This document shows positions 48,027 through 58,374 of a stretch of 64,000 bases of DNA, piece by piece. The stretch is from Nannocystis bainbridge (GTDB taxonomy: Bacteria; Myxococcota_A; Polyangia; Nannocystales; Nannocystaceae). Positions within the stretch are counted from its first letter, which is position 1. The number at the start of each line of letters is the position of its first letter. Made by a program: the position numbers and the translations under genes. The DNA is taken from positions 1,664,001 to 1,728,000 of the forward strand of contig NZ_JAQNDL010000002.1 in assembly GCF_028368995.1 (NCBI RefSeq), read 5' to 3'. The notes below the pieces were generated by a model. That model saw only the letters and a list, made by a program, of their open reading frames with translations. It had not been told where the DNA came from and did no database searches.

Positions 48027-49058
48027 ATGAGCGCTCGCCCGGCTCTGCGCCGCCTGTCCTCGAGGACCTGGCCCATCGCGCCTGTCCTTTGCGCCCTGGT
48101 CTGTGCGACAGCGGCCGCCGAGCCTCCGCCGCCTCCGCCGGCGGCGCCCACCAGCGGCGGCTACTGGCTCGGCGCCCACCTGCTCGGCCCGGGGCCCGGC
48201 GTGCTCGCGGCCACCGAGGCCATGTCGCTCGGGACCTCGGTCGAGGGCGCCCCCACCAGCGTCGGCGCCGTCGTCGGCCAGGTCGGCACCATCCACGACG
48301 CCATGCGGTTCGTCGCTCGCTGGGCCTTCGCCGGCGTCGCCGGGGCTGCGCGTGACCGGAACCTGCGCCAGCCACCCGCCCCCGTCCCCGGCGGCGATCT
48401 GCTGCCGACCCACGGCGCCGTCCTGGTCGCCCTCACCGTGCAGGGCCGCAGCCCCGAGGGCGGCGCTCGCACCGTCCAGTGGCCCAAGGAGCAGAGCGAG
48501 TTGCTGCCGCCCGATCTGCCGTGGATCCCCGCCGCGCTGGTGCCCGACCGCGCGCCGCTGTTCGCCGCCCCCGCCGCCCGGGTCCCGCCGACCGGTGAGC
48601 GCTTCGCTCTCGCGCGCCGGGCCGGCAGCCTGTTCGTGCTCGGCGCACTCGACCGCTGCGACGATCGCTCGACGCCGCGATCCGGCGTCCCCGGCGAGCC
48701 CGTGCGCACCTGCCTGCGCTGGTACCAGGTCGTCGTCCGCGACGGCGAGCGCTTCCAGGCCGGCTACCTCCCCGCCTTCCAGGTCGCCCTCGTCGACGAC
48801 TGGCGCCGCGGCCAGGGCGCCCTCCCGCGGGCCCAGCTGATCGCCAGCGGCACCCGCGGCGACACGGCCCAGTTCGTCCTCCTCGCCCGCGCGCGCGACA
48901 ACACCGTGCACCGCCTCACCCTCGAGGCCCCGCTGACCGGCGACGCCTTCCCCGAGGCCACCCTCGCCGTCGACGGCGACTGGGCCGAGGTCCGCTTCGC
49001 CGGCGCCGCCCCGCGCCGGATCGCCCTCGACGCGACGATGGACGCGCGCCCGCGCTGA
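48027..49058 (+). CDS. Exported hypothetical protein
   Basis: Signal peptide followed by PPPPP, GC3-biased frame. Confidence 0.6.
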   Translation: MSARPALRRLSSRTWPIAPVLCALVCATAAAEPPPPPPAAPTSGGYWLGAHLLGPGPGVLAATEAMSLGTSVEGAPTSVGAVVGQVGTIHDAMRFVARWAFAGVAGAARDRNLRQPPAPVPGGDLLPTHGAVLVALTVQGRSPEGGARTVQWPKEQSELLPPDLPWIPAALVPDRAPLFAAPAARVPPTGERFALARRAGSLFVLGALDRCDDRSTPRSGVPGEPVRTCLRWYQVVVRDGERFQAGYLPAFQVALVDDWRRGQGALPRAQLIASGTRGDTAQFVLLARARDNTVHRLTLEAPLTGDAFPEATLAVDGDWAEVRFAGAAPRRIALDATMDARPR

Positions 49059-49064
49059 CCCTCG

Positions 49065-49322
49065 GAACATGTCCCGAAGGACAGATGCACATGTCCTTGG
49101 AGACATGTCCCAGAGGACATCCGCAGCCTCGAAACGACCTGGCCCGCGTGACATGTCCCAAGAGTCGGAACAAGTCGCCGCGAAGTCGAAAAACATGGCC
49201 CGCCAGGACATGTCCCGAGAGACAGCATGCGTCGCGCGGATCGCCCGCGCTCATCGACGCCGCGGAGACCTCTGCCACACGCAGCAGCGAGTCCGTCGCC
49301 GCCTGTCCTCCGCGACATGCAC
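49065..49322. repeat. Cluster of 14-bp-period arrays
   Basis: Cores at 49068/49082, 49090/49104/49118, 49138/49152, 49209/49223, 49302/49316. Confidence 0.85.
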
Positions 49323-49534
49323 GTCGCAAGCGGGGCCCGACTTCCACCCCGCGCGAACGAACCCTCGCGCCGCAAAAGTCAGGCGCCCCACCGCGAGCGA
49401 CGCCGACTCGCGGCCAGGACGCAGGCCCCTTCCGCGCCGCCCTCTCCGCTGCACCGGGGTCGCCCTCGCGCGCGCGTTCCGGCCCTCCCGGCCCGTGCTC
49501 GCGCTTGAAAGGGCGACGTGCTATCCGTGAGCGC

Positions 49535-50515
49535 ATGCGCGTCCTCGCGGGTGACATCGGCGGCACCAAGACCTTGCTCGCGGTCCTCGATCAGCGGCCG
49601 GACGGGCGTTTCGAAGAGGTCGTGCGCCAGCGCTACGTCAGCGCCGACCACCCCGGCCTCGGGCCGATCGTGCGCGATTTCCTGGCCCGCGCCGACGTCC
49701 CCGACATCACCCGCGCCGGCTTCGGCGTCGCTGGCCCCGTCGTCGATCGGCGCAGCCGCGTCACCAACCTCCCGTGGCAGATCGACGCCGACCTGCTCGC
49801 CGCCGAGCTCGGCCTGCAATCCGTCGCGCTGATCAACGACTTCGCCGCCGTCGCGCTCGGCTTGCAGGTCCTCAGCCCCGCCGACCTCGAGGTCCTGCAG
49901 GCGGGCGAGCGCGATCCGTCGGGCCCGATCGCCCTCATCGGCGCCGGCACCGGCCTCGGCGAGGCCGTGCTCGTGCCCACCCCCGCGGGCCCGCGCTTCG
50001 TCGCCAGCGAGGGCGGGCACTGCGACCTCGCCCCGCGCAACGAGCTCGAGATCGCCTTGCTGCGCTTCCTCCTCAAGCAGCACCACCGCGTCTCCTACGA
50101 GCGGATCGTCTCCGGCCCCGGCCTCGTCACCGCCTATCAGTTCGTCGTCGCCGAGGGCCTCGCACCTGAACTTTCGGACACCCGCGAGCGCATGGCCACC
50201 GAGGACCCCGGCGCCGTCATCGGCGCGCGCGCCCTCGCCGGCGACGACCCCGCCTGCGTGCGCGCCGTCGACATCTTCCTCGACCTCTATGGCGCCGAGG
50301 CCGGCAACCTCGCGCTCAAGGTCCTGCCGACCGGCGGCCTCTTCGTCGCCGGCGGGATCGCCGGCAAGCTGCTGCCGCGGCTGCGCGACGGTCGGTTCAT
50401 CACCGCCTTCACCGACAAGGGCCGCATGAGCCCCCTGCTCCGCGCCATGCACGTCGCCGTGGTCAAGAACGCCGACGTCGGCCTGCTCGGGGCCGGCCTC
50501 GCCGGGCTCGGCTGA
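49535..50515 (+). CDS. glk: Glucokinase
   Basis: LAGDIGGTKT, GVAGPV, LINDF, GAGTGLG, SEGGH, ERIVSG.G and F.DKGRM motifs. Confidence 0.95.
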   Translation: MRVLAGDIGGTKTLLAVLDQRPDGRFEEVVRQRYVSADHPGLGPIVRDFLARADVPDITRAGFGVAGPVVDRRSRVTNLPWQIDADLLAAELGLQSVALINDFAAVALGLQVLSPADLEVLQAGERDPSGPIALIGAGTGLGEAVLVPTPAGPRFVASEGGHCDLAPRNELEIALLRFLLKQHHRVSYERIVSGPGLVTAYQFVVAEGLAPELSDTRERMATEDPGAVIGARALAGDDPACVRAVDIFLDLYGAEAGNLALKVLPTGGLFVAGGIAGKLLPRLRDGRFITAFTDKGRMSPLLRAMHVAVVKNADVGLLGAGLAGLG

Positions 50516-50520
50516 CAGCC

Positions 50521-51042
50521 ATGTCCGCGCGCGTCGACGCTCTGATCGCCGGCTACCGGCATGAGGTCCGGAACCGCTGGCTGCTCACCTGGGCCAGCCG
50601 CCTGATCTCGCTGTTCCTCTGCGGCCTCTACGTCTACCTGCTGATGGTCCTCGGCCGCGACGACCCGTTCTACATCAGCCTCAACCTGGTCGGCTTCGTC
50701 ACCGGCCTGTCCGGCATCGTCATCCTCTTCTACTACGAGGTCCCCGGCGTCGTGCGGGCGCTGCACGGCCCCGACCCTGCCCTCGCCGACGACGCCTGGG
50801 AGGCCATCGAGCGCCTGCGTCCGCAGCTCATGCCGCGGCTGCTCGCCGACCTCAACCTCCCGCCGGACGAGCGCCCCGAGCTCGCCCGCACGCTCGACCG
50901 CGCCGGCGTCGTGCGCCTCACCGAAGCGCGTGCGCGCGACCGCTGGCGCACCTTCGGCCCGATCTACCTCGCGGGCTTCAGCGTGGCCCTCGCCGCCTAC
51001 CTGTGGCTCGTCTTCACCTGGGTGCCCGAGACGATCCGCTGA
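50521..51042 (+). CDS. Hypothetical membrane protein
   Basis: Three hydrophobic segments, 5 bp after the glk stop. Confidence 0.7.
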   Translation: MSARVDALIAGYRHEVRNRWLLTWASRLISLFLCGLYVYLLMVLGRDDPFYISLNLVGFVTGLSGIVILFYYEVPGVVRALHGPDPALADDAWEAIERLRPQLMPRLLADLNLPPDERPELARTLDRAGVVRLTEARARDRWRTFGPIYLAGFSVALAAYLWLVFTWVPETIR

Positions 51043-51043
51043 A

Positions 51044-51255
51044 ACGCCTGTCTCTCTGAACATGTCCTTTTTGTGCGCCCTGACCCGCTCGCGGGGCAGT
51101 CTGGCTCCCATCGTGCGATCGGGCAGCCTGGATCGCACGAACCGCTCCCGGACACGTTTATGAACATGTCCTTCGCGGCATGTCCTTTCAGACATTCACG
51201 AAAGGACATGACTTCTAGGACATGCCCTAAAGAACATGTCGCAACGCACCTGTCC
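51044..51255. repeat. 14-bp-period arrays (pair plus 7 cores)
   Basis: Cores at 51047/51061 and 51165, 51179, 51193, 51207, 51221, 51235, 51249, between convergent genes. Confidence 0.9.
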
Positions 51256-51299
51256 CGCCGGCCTGCCTGGCCCGCGCCGCGAGCATCGCCGGGCGCCTC

Positions 51300-53390
51300 T
51301 CAGCCCGCGTCGCCGGCCTCGGGGCGCGCGTGGCTTTCGACCCGCGCGCGCAGCTCCGCGTGGCCTTGCAGCCCCGGGTCGCTCGCCAGGATCTCGCTCG
51401 CCGCCGCGCGGGCCGCCTCGAGCAGCGCCACCCCTTCGCCGGCGAGCCCCGCCCAGGCCACCCGCCCGGCCTGTCGTAGTCCGAACAGCTCGCCGGGCCC
51501 GCGCTCGGCCAGGTCGCGCTCGGCCACCGTGAAGCCGTCGTGCGTGTCGGCCAGCACCTGCAGGCGGCGCGCCGCGGCGCTGCCCGCCTCCGCCCCGGTG
51601 TGCAGCAGGCACCACGAGCTCGCCGTCCCGCGGCCGATCCTGCCGCGCAGCTGGTGCAGCTGCGACAGCCCGAAGTGCTCCGCGTGCTCGATCAGCATGA
51701 ACCTGGCCTCGGGCACATCCACCCCGACCTCGATCACCGTCGTCGCTACCAGCACGTCGATCGCCCCCGCGCGGAACTTGGCCATCGCCGCCGCGCGGCG
51801 GGCCGGGTCGATCCGCCCGTGCACCACCTCGATCCGCTTGTCCGGCAGCAGCCCACGCAGCTCCGTCGCCGCCTCGTCGACGTCGCTGGCCTCGCGCGCC
51901 CCCGCCTCGATCTGCGGGCACACCACGAAGCCCTGCAACATGTCCCTGCGGACATGTTCTGCCAGGCGGAAGCGGGCCCGCCCGATCGGCCCCGCCATCA
52001 GCGTCGTGTCCGGCGGCCGGCGCCCCGGCGGCGCCTCGCGCAGCGTCGACACATCGAGCTCGCCGACCAGCGACAGCGCCAGCGTCCGCGGGATCGGCGT
52101 CGCCGTCAGCACCAGCAGGTGCGGCGCTCGCCCCTTGTCGCGCAGCAGCGCCCGCTGACGCACGCCGAAGCGGTGCTGCTCGTCGACCACCACCAGCCCG
52201 AGGCGGCGGAACTGCACGTCCTCGGTCAGCAGCGCGTGCGTCCCGACCACCAGCTCCGCCGCGCCCGAGGCCGCCGCCTCGACCACCGCGGCGCGCTCGC
52301 TGCGGCTCATCGAGCCCGTCAGCAGCGCCAGCCGGATCCCCGCCGCCAGGCACCACGGCCGCAGCGTCGCCGCGTGTTGTTGGGCCAGGATCTCCGTCGG
52401 CGCCATCCAGGCCGCCTGCCCGCCCGCCGCCACGATCCCCGCGCTGGCCGCGAACGCCACCAGCGTCTTGCCCGAGCCGACGTCGCCCTGCAGCAGGCGC
52501 AGCATCGGCCGCGGCCGCGACAGATCGGCCTCGATCTCCTCGATCGCCGTCCACTGCGCCTGCGTCGGCTCGAACGGCACACACGCGCGCAGCAGCTCGC
52601 GCCGCGTGCCCTCGCCCGGCAGCAGCGTCACTGTCACCGGCAGCGCCTGCGCGACCGCGCGGCGGCGCAGCAGCGCCAGCTGGGCCACCAGCAGCTCGTC
52701 GAACAGCAGCCGCCGGTGCGCCGGCGAGCGACCGGCCTGCAGCGCCGCGATCGCCTCGACCGACAGCGCCTCGTCGGGCACGTGCAGCAGCGTCAGCGCC
52801 GGCGCGAGCGCCATCAGCCCCAGGCGCTCGCGCAGCGCGGGCGGCAGCGGATCGATCAGCGACGGCCCCAGCCGCTCGAGCGCCGCCCGACACAGCTTGG
52901 CCAGCGTCGCCTCGCCGACCCCCTCGACCTCCGGGTAACGGACCGTGATCGTCGGACCGGGCGCCTCGGGATCGCGGATCTCCGGGTGGATCAGCGCCAG
53001 CTTGCCCTTCTTGCGGCTGACGCGGCCGACCAGCAGCACGCGCTTGCCCGCCTGCGCGCGCTCGGCCAGGCCGCCGACGCGGTGGAACCACTGGCACTGC
53101 AGACCGATCTCGCGGCCGCCCTCCTCGACCACGCAATCGAGCCCGGCGAAGAAGCGGCCACGGAAGAACCGCTGCGAGAACTTGCGGATCGTCGCCACCA
53201 CCGCCGCCTCGGCCCCGTCGGCCGCCTCGGCCAGCGGCGCGCGGTGGCGGCGGTCGCGGTAGCCGGTCGGGATCACGCGGGCCAGGTCGGCGAGCGTGAC
53301 CAGCCCGTGGGCGGCCAGCTTGGCGGCGGTCTTGGGGCCGACGCCCGGCAGGTCGCCGAGCTCGCCGGCCTCGCTGTCGCGCGGCGGCAC
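51300..53390 (-). CDS. recG: ATP-dependent DNA helicase RecG
   Basis: LLQGDVGSGKT, MAPTEILAQQH, DEQHRFGV, TATPIPRTL, QLHQLRGRIGR and RGPGE motifs. Confidence 0.97.
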   Translation of the reverse strand: MPPRDSEAGELGDLPGVGPKTAAKLAAHGLVTLADLARVIPTGYRDRRHRAPLAEAADGAEAAVVATIRKFSQRFFRGRFFAGLDCVVEEGGREIGLQCQWFHRVGGLAERAQAGKRVLLVGRVSRKKGKLALIHPEIRDPEAPGPTITVRYPEVEGVGEATLAKLCRAALERLGPSLIDPLPPALRERLGLMALAPALTLLHVPDEALSVEAIAALQAGRSPAHRRLLFDELLVAQLALLRRRAVAQALPVTVTLLPGEGTRRELLRACVPFEPTQAQWTAIEEIEADLSRPRPMLRLLQGDVGSGKTLVAFAASAGIVAAGGQAAWMAPTEILAQQHAATLRPWCLAAGIRLALLTGSMSRSERAAVVEAAASGAAELVVGTHALLTEDVQFRRLGLVVVDEQHRFGVRQRALLRDKGRAPHLLVLTATPIPRTLALSLVGELDVSTLREAPPGRRPPDTTLMAGPIGRARFRLAEHVRRDMLQGFVVCPQIEAGAREASDVDEAATELRGLLPDKRIEVVHGRIDPARRAAAMAKFRAGAIDVLVATTVIEVGVDVPEARFMLIEHAEHFGLSQLHQLRGRIGRGTASSWCLLHTGAEAGSAAARRLQVLADTHDGFTVAERDLAERGPGELFGLRQAGRVAWAGLAGEGVALLEAARAAASEILASDPGLQGHAELRARVESHARPEAGDAG

Positions 53391-53401
53391 GATGACCGAT
53401 C

Positions 53402-53439
53402 GTTCAGGTCGCGAGGGACATGTCCCTCAGGTCAGCTCG
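53402..53439. repeat. 14-bp-period array (3 cores)
   Basis: Cores at 53405, 53419, 53433, in the short gap before recG. Confidence 0.7.
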
Positions 53440-54310
53440 CTGGGTTCGGCGGCGTGAACGTGAACCGCAGCTCGTGGTCGCACAGGAAGTACACGCTGCC
53501 GTCGTTGACCTTGTGGTTGTCGACGCGCTGACCCTCGAACTCGATGCCGTTGGTGCTGCCGAGGTCCTTGATGAAGTAGTCGTGACCGCGGCGGACCACC
53601 GACGCGTGGCGGCGCGAGATGTTGGCGTCCTTGATCGCCAGGTCGGAGAACTTCTGACCGCGGCCGATCACGAACTCCTCCTTGTCGATCTCGTACCACT
53701 GGCCCTCGAACAGCACGTACAGCGGGCGCGGCTTGCTGACTGGCGCCCCCGTCGGGGGCGGCAGGCGCGAGGCTGTCGGCGGACGCGGCAGCGACGGCGT
53801 CGGCTTGGCCGGGGCCGACGCGCCGAGGCTGGGTGGCGGCGCCGGCATGGCTGCCGGGGTCGGCACTGGGGTCGAGGGGGCCGTCGCCGGCTTGGGCAGC
53901 CGCGGCTGCGGCAGCGCGCTCGGGGCGCGGTTCTGGCTCGAGCTGATGCTCGCCGGCGGCGCTGCGGGGCCTGGCGGCGGCGACATCGTCGGACCCGAAC
54001 CCGGGGGTCGCACACCCGGCGGACGCGGGACCGGGGCCGCGCTGGGCAGCGGCGCGGAGCCTGGACGGGGCGCACCGGGCGGCCCGGCCTGGGCCGAGAG
54101 GGTCGCCCGTGGCGGCGTGTTGGGGCCGGACGGCGGCGCGGGCGTCATCCCCGAGGCCTCGTCCTTCTTGCCCTTGGCCGCGCCCTTGAACAGCTGTAGC
54201 AGCGCCGCCTGGACCACATCATCGGTGGCGATCCCGCGGCGTTTGGCGAGGGCCTCGACCCGGGCCCAGAGGTCATCACGACATTGGAACTGGCGCAGCG
54301 TCTTGCTCAT
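53432..54310 (-). CDS. Ribbon-helix-helix-like N-terminus, Pro-rich linker and C-terminal FHA domain
   Basis: FHA IGRG...DL.I.D.NISRRHA...DLGSTNG. N-terminal RQFQCRDDLWARVEALAKRRGIATDDVVQAAL has an RHH pattern. Confidence 0.75.
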   Translation of the reverse strand: MSKTLRQFQCRDDLWARVEALAKRRGIATDDVVQAALLQLFKGAAKGKKDEASGMTPAPPSGPNTPPRATLSAQAGPPGAPRPGSAPLPSAAPVPRPPGVRPPGSGPTMSPPPGPAAPPASISSSQNRAPSALPQPRLPKPATAPSTPVPTPAAMPAPPPSLGASAPAKPTPSLPRPPTASRLPPPTGAPVSKPRPLYVLFEGQWYEIDKEEFVIGRGQKFSDLAIKDANISRRHASVVRRGHDYFIKDLGSTNGIEFEGQRVDNHKVNDGSVYFLCDHELRFTFTPPNPAS

Positions 54311-54498
54311 GCACGTCCCCCACGAGGTGCGGCCCGGTTGACGCGGGCGTGTCCTCGGTACGCCCCGGCATCCTAAGAAGTTGATGGCGCGCGGGTCAAC
54401 TGCGGCCGTCGCGGTCAAACCGGGTTATCCTGCCCCCCGCGATGCGCTCTCGGCGACGGACGCGACGAACCTCGGACGGACCACGAGTCCTCCGAAGC

Positions 54499-56112
54499 GT
54501 GCGCGAGCCCGCGCGCGAAATCGCGCAAAAGCTCCTCCGCGGCCTCCTCTTCGCCGGCATCGCCGGAGCCCCCGCGCTCGCCGGAGCCGTCCCCGGCCAG
54601 GCCCAGCGGCTCGGCGGCGCCGAGCCGCAGGGCCCTGCCAGCCGCGCGTTGACGGCCCTTCACCATAACCCGGCGATGCTCGCCGGAATGAAGGGCTTTC
54701 GCTTCCAGTTCGGCGGCGCCGGAGGCCTCGATCAGCGGTGGATCCGGCGCGAAGCCGTCATGCCCGACGGCACCCCGACCGGCGAGCTGGGCCCGAGGAT
54801 CAACCTCAACAACCCGCTCGGCGGTTACTTCGTCGGCGGCAGCCTCTACTTCGAGCCGTTCGCCGTCGGGATCGGCGCCTACGATCTCGGCAGCGAGATC
54901 CACTACACCAGCGACGATCGCCTGCGCTGGCACCTCGCCCCCGAGGAAGACGGCCGGCCGCCGCTGTTTTGTCGGCGCGACGATCCCAACTGCAAGCTCA
55001 ACGGCGGCGCCGCCACCCAGCGCACCGACGTCACCATCGCCGTCGCCTGGAACATCCTCGCCAGCCTGCGGATCGGCATCGGCGTGCACCTGCCGCGGCT
55101 GCGCCAGCGGTTCTCCTACGACAACAGCACTGTCCTGTCCGAGGACCGCGACGACGGCCCGCGCTGCAATCGCGTCGAGAACCCGCTGTGCGCCGAGCGG
55201 GTCGGCTTCAACGGTCGCACGCGGTGGTTGCCCGATCGCGACAACAGGCCGGCCGGCTTCGATGTCGCGCTCACCTTCGGCCTCGCCTTCGACCTCAGCG
55301 ATCGCGTCACCATCGGCCTGCGCTACCGCACGCGTCCGCTGGTGCGCGGCGGCGAACTGACGCTCGCTGGCGACGCGCTGGTGTGCCGGCCCGACACCGC
55401 GGGCGGCACCGACTCCGACGTCCTGCCGTGCACCGTCGCCAGCCCGATCGACGCCACCGTGACCGAGCGAGCCAGCCGCGAGGCCGCGCTCGGGGCCGCC
55501 TTCGTCCTCGATCGCGGCCGCTTCTGGCACATCGACACCAACCTCTACTGGATGGACCTGTGCAACGACATCGTCGGCCGCGGCGCCGGCGTGCGGACTT
55601 GCGCCGATCCGGGCAGCCAACAGATCAGCCTGGTCGGCCTCGATCGCAACAGCGTGCTGTTGCCCGAGAGCAACCGCTACCGCGGCTACCAGGACCTGTT
55701 CGGCTTCGACATCTACACCACCTACCAGGCCCGCTCGAACCTCGCCGCGGTGCTCGGCGGGCACTTCTCCTCGCCCGTGGTCCGCAGGGGCGCGCGCGAG
55801 GCCGGCAACAGCGACGGCTGGCGCGCCGGCATCACCGTCGGCGTGCCGCTGCGGGTCGGATCGAGCAACCTGCAGATCGTCCCGGGCTATGGCTTCGACC
55901 TGTTCCTGCCGAGCAACACCGGTCGACCCGGCGAGTTCGATCCGGCGGCCGCGACCCGCTTCGCCGCCACCGGGGGCGACATCAACAGCGACGACGCCGC
56001 GCTCGTGCTCGCCGGTCGCGGGCGCCCGAGCAACGCCGGCCGCTACACCGGCGCGATGCACACCTTCATGCTGACCCTGCGGTGGGCCGAGCGCACGCCC
56101 GGCCGCGAATAG
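54499..56112 (+). CDS. FadL/OmpP1-like outer membrane protein
   Basis: Signal peptide, ALHHNPAML (NPA motif), amphipathic beta strands. Start uncertain. Confidence 0.55.
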   Translation: MREPAREIAQKLLRGLLFAGIAGAPALAGAVPGQAQRLGGAEPQGPASRALTALHHNPAMLAGMKGFRFQFGGAGGLDQRWIRREAVMPDGTPTGELGPRINLNNPLGGYFVGGSLYFEPFAVGIGAYDLGSEIHYTSDDRLRWHLAPEEDGRPPLFCRRDDPNCKLNGGAATQRTDVTIAVAWNILASLRIGIGVHLPRLRQRFSYDNSTVLSEDRDDGPRCNRVENPLCAERVGFNGRTRWLPDRDNRPAGFDVALTFGLAFDLSDRVTIGLRYRTRPLVRGGELTLAGDALVCRPDTAGGTDSDVLPCTVASPIDATVTERASREAALGAAFVLDRGRFWHIDTNLYWMDLCNDIVGRGAGVRTCADPGSQQISLVGLDRNSVLLPESNRYRGYQDLFGFDIYTTYQARSNLAAVLGGHFSSPVVRRGAREAGNSDGWRAGITVGVPLRVGSSNLQIVPGYGFDLFLPSNTGRPGEFDPAAATRFAATGGDINSDDAALVLAGRGRPSNAGRYTGAMHTFMLTLRWAERTPGRE

Positions 56113-56169
56113 CGGCTCGCGCGCCCGCGTGGGTGGCCGCGGCCCGACGGTCTGCGTACACTGGGGATC

Positions 56170-58374
56170 GTGCGCCTCAATTTGTCCGGCACCTCGCCTC
56201 TCACGGGCTGGCTCGCGCTCGTGCTCGTCGCCGCCCCGCTGTTGCCCGCCTGCGCCCGGGCCCCGCGCGGCGAGACCCAGGCCCCCGAAGCGCCCAAGTC
56301 GATCCCCGACCTCGACCACTTCGCGCTCGCGCTCAACCAGTTCGCGCTGCTGCCCGAGAACAGCCCCAAGCGCGCCGAGTTCCGCCGCGTCCTGCTCGAC
56401 TTCCTGGTCCGCTACATCGACAAGACCCTCGACGATCAGCGCCCCGAGGAGGCCGTCGAGGCGCTGCAGTTCGCGGCCGGGCTGTGGCGCCCGAGTGAGC
56501 TCCGCGGCGCCCGCCAGATCGAGCCCGGTCTGTGCGCCGTGGCCCACCGGCTCTACGTCGCCGCCGCCCGCCGCGGCAACGAGTCGCCGGCGCTGTTCGC
56601 CGCCGCGATCGAGCAGCAGTTCGGCGACGACGCCGTGCGCAAGCGGGCGATCGCCAGCTGGACCGAGATCGAGGGCTGGGTCGTGCGCAACAGCCCCTTC
56701 TCCGAGGAGCCGGTGCTGCGCCACGAGGAGCTCGAGGAGTCGCTCGAGGAGATCGCCGCCGACTTCCCGGCCCCGTTCGTGGTCCAGCGCCTGACCGACC
56801 TCTACGTCGCCCGCTACGAGGCCGCGATCGAGGTCGCCAGCAGCAGCGAGAACCTCGAGCTCGGGCTCGCCGCGCGTCACCGGGCCGAGGTCACCGGCTA
56901 CCTCGTCACCCGCCTCTACCTGCGCGCCGACGACTTCGACGGCGCCGGCCAGGCGCTCGCGCGCGTCGAGCTCGACATGCCGACGCGCAAGCTGATCGAG
57001 TACCTCGACAGCGCCCGCAACGCCAAGAAGAGCGCGCGCCCGCTGCTCGAGCTGGCGCGCCAGTTCTTGCCCGACGACGCGGACATGTCGGAGCGGATCC
57101 CGCCGGCGTTCCTGACCCAGGGCTGGGGCATCGTCGAGAACCTGGCGCGACGGGCCGTGCAGCGGTTCCCCGACGATCCGTTCGCGCACCTGCTGCTGGC
57201 CCGCGCGCTGCGCAAGGCCGGCCTCGTCGACGCCGCGATCGCCCACCTGCGGCGCACCGTCGAGCTCAAGGAGGACATCTTCGACGCCTGGCAAGACCTC
57301 GCCTCGATGCAGCAGACCAGCCTCGAGCGGATCGCCGCGATCGACCTCGACGCCGCGCTCGCGCGCATGCCCCAGCTCGAGAAGTTCCACGCCCGCGCGG
57401 TCGAGCTGTGGCGCGATCGGCCGATCCGTCCCGGCCTCGCCGAGGCCCAGTACACCCTCGCCGAGGCGCTCTACGAGCAAGGCAGCGTCGACCGGGCCAA
57501 GGACCTGTTGCAGCGCAGCGTCCGCGGCGAGCCGCAGCCGGCCGCGCTCGACCTGCTCGGCACCATCGAGCTCAAGGACGGCAAGGTCGCCGAGGCCCGC
57601 CGCCACTATGAGACCCTGCTCGGCCTGCCGTTCGACAACCAGCTGCTGCGCCTGCGCTGGGAGACGCAGGGCCGGGCCCAGCTGGCCGCGATCGCCCGCC
57701 GCGAGGGCAAGCTCGACGAGGCCAAGCAGGAGATGCAGACGGCTCTGCGCCAGCTCAACAAGCTGATCGCGTTCCCCAGCATCCCGCCGGGCGAGCGGGC
57801 CTCGCGGCTCATCGATCGCGGCAAGCTGCTGTTCCACATGGGGGACGTCGAGCAGGCGGTGGCCGACTTCCGCCAGGCCCGCGACAGCGCCGACGGCCGC
57901 GCCGAGGCCTACGCGGAGCCGATGATCTTCCTCGTCAGCCACGGCTACTACGAGGAGGCGCTGGCGATCTTCCGCGCCGCGGCGCCGCGCGAGGACCTGC
58001 GCGGCAGCCTCAAGCTGTACTTCGCGCTGTGGCTGCACGAGATGGCGCTGCGCCAGGGCCGGCCGCAGGACCCGGGCGTGCTGGCGTTCCTCGCGGCCTA
58101 CAAGGGCGAGCGCTGGCCGACCCGCCTGGCCGAGCACGCCCAGGGCAAGCTCAGCTTCGACGACCTGCTGCGCGGCGCGTCCGACTCGGGCGAGCAGGCA
58201 GAGGCCTACTTCTACGAGGCGCTCCGCCGCTGGCGCAGCGGCAACGCGGCCAGCGCGAAGGAGCTGATGCGCAAGGTCGTGGGCACCCGCCGCATGGCGT
58301 TCTTCGAGTACGACATGGCCCAGAGCTACCTCGAGTGGGACGACCTGCCGGCCAAGGCCCGTCCGCCGCGTTGA
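56170..58374 (+). CDS. TPR-repeat lipoprotein
   Basis: Lipobox LPAC, multiple TPR-like helices, C-terminal EAYFY...FFEY motif. Confidence 0.75.
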   Translation: MRLNLSGTSPLTGWLALVLVAAPLLPACARAPRGETQAPEAPKSIPDLDHFALALNQFALLPENSPKRAEFRRVLLDFLVRYIDKTLDDQRPEEAVEALQFAAGLWRPSELRGARQIEPGLCAVAHRLYVAAARRGNESPALFAAAIEQQFGDDAVRKRAIASWTEIEGWVVRNSPFSEEPVLRHEELEESLEEIAADFPAPFVVQRLTDLYVARYEAAIEVASSSENLELGLAARHRAEVTGYLVTRLYLRADDFDGAGQALARVELDMPTRKLIEYLDSARNAKKSARPLLELARQFLPDDADMSERIPPAFLTQGWGIVENLARRAVQRFPDDPFAHLLLARALRKAGLVDAAIAHLRRTVELKEDIFDAWQDLASMQQTSLERIAAIDLDAALARMPQLEKFHARAVELWRDRPIRPGLAEAQYTLAEALYEQGSVDRAKDLLQRSVRGEPQPAALDLLGTIELKDGKVAEARRHYETLLGLPFDNQLLRLRWETQGRAQLAAIARREGKLDEAKQEMQTALRQLNKLIAFPSIPPGERASRLIDRGKLLFHMGDVEQAVADFRQARDSADGRAEAYAEPMIFLVSHGYYEEALAIFRAAAPREDLRGSLKLYFALWLHEMALRQGRPQDPGVLAFLAAYKGERWPTRLAEHAQGKLSFDDLLRGASDSGEQAEAYFYEALRRWRSGNAASAKELMRKVVGTRRMAFFEYDMAQSYLEWDDLPAKARPPR

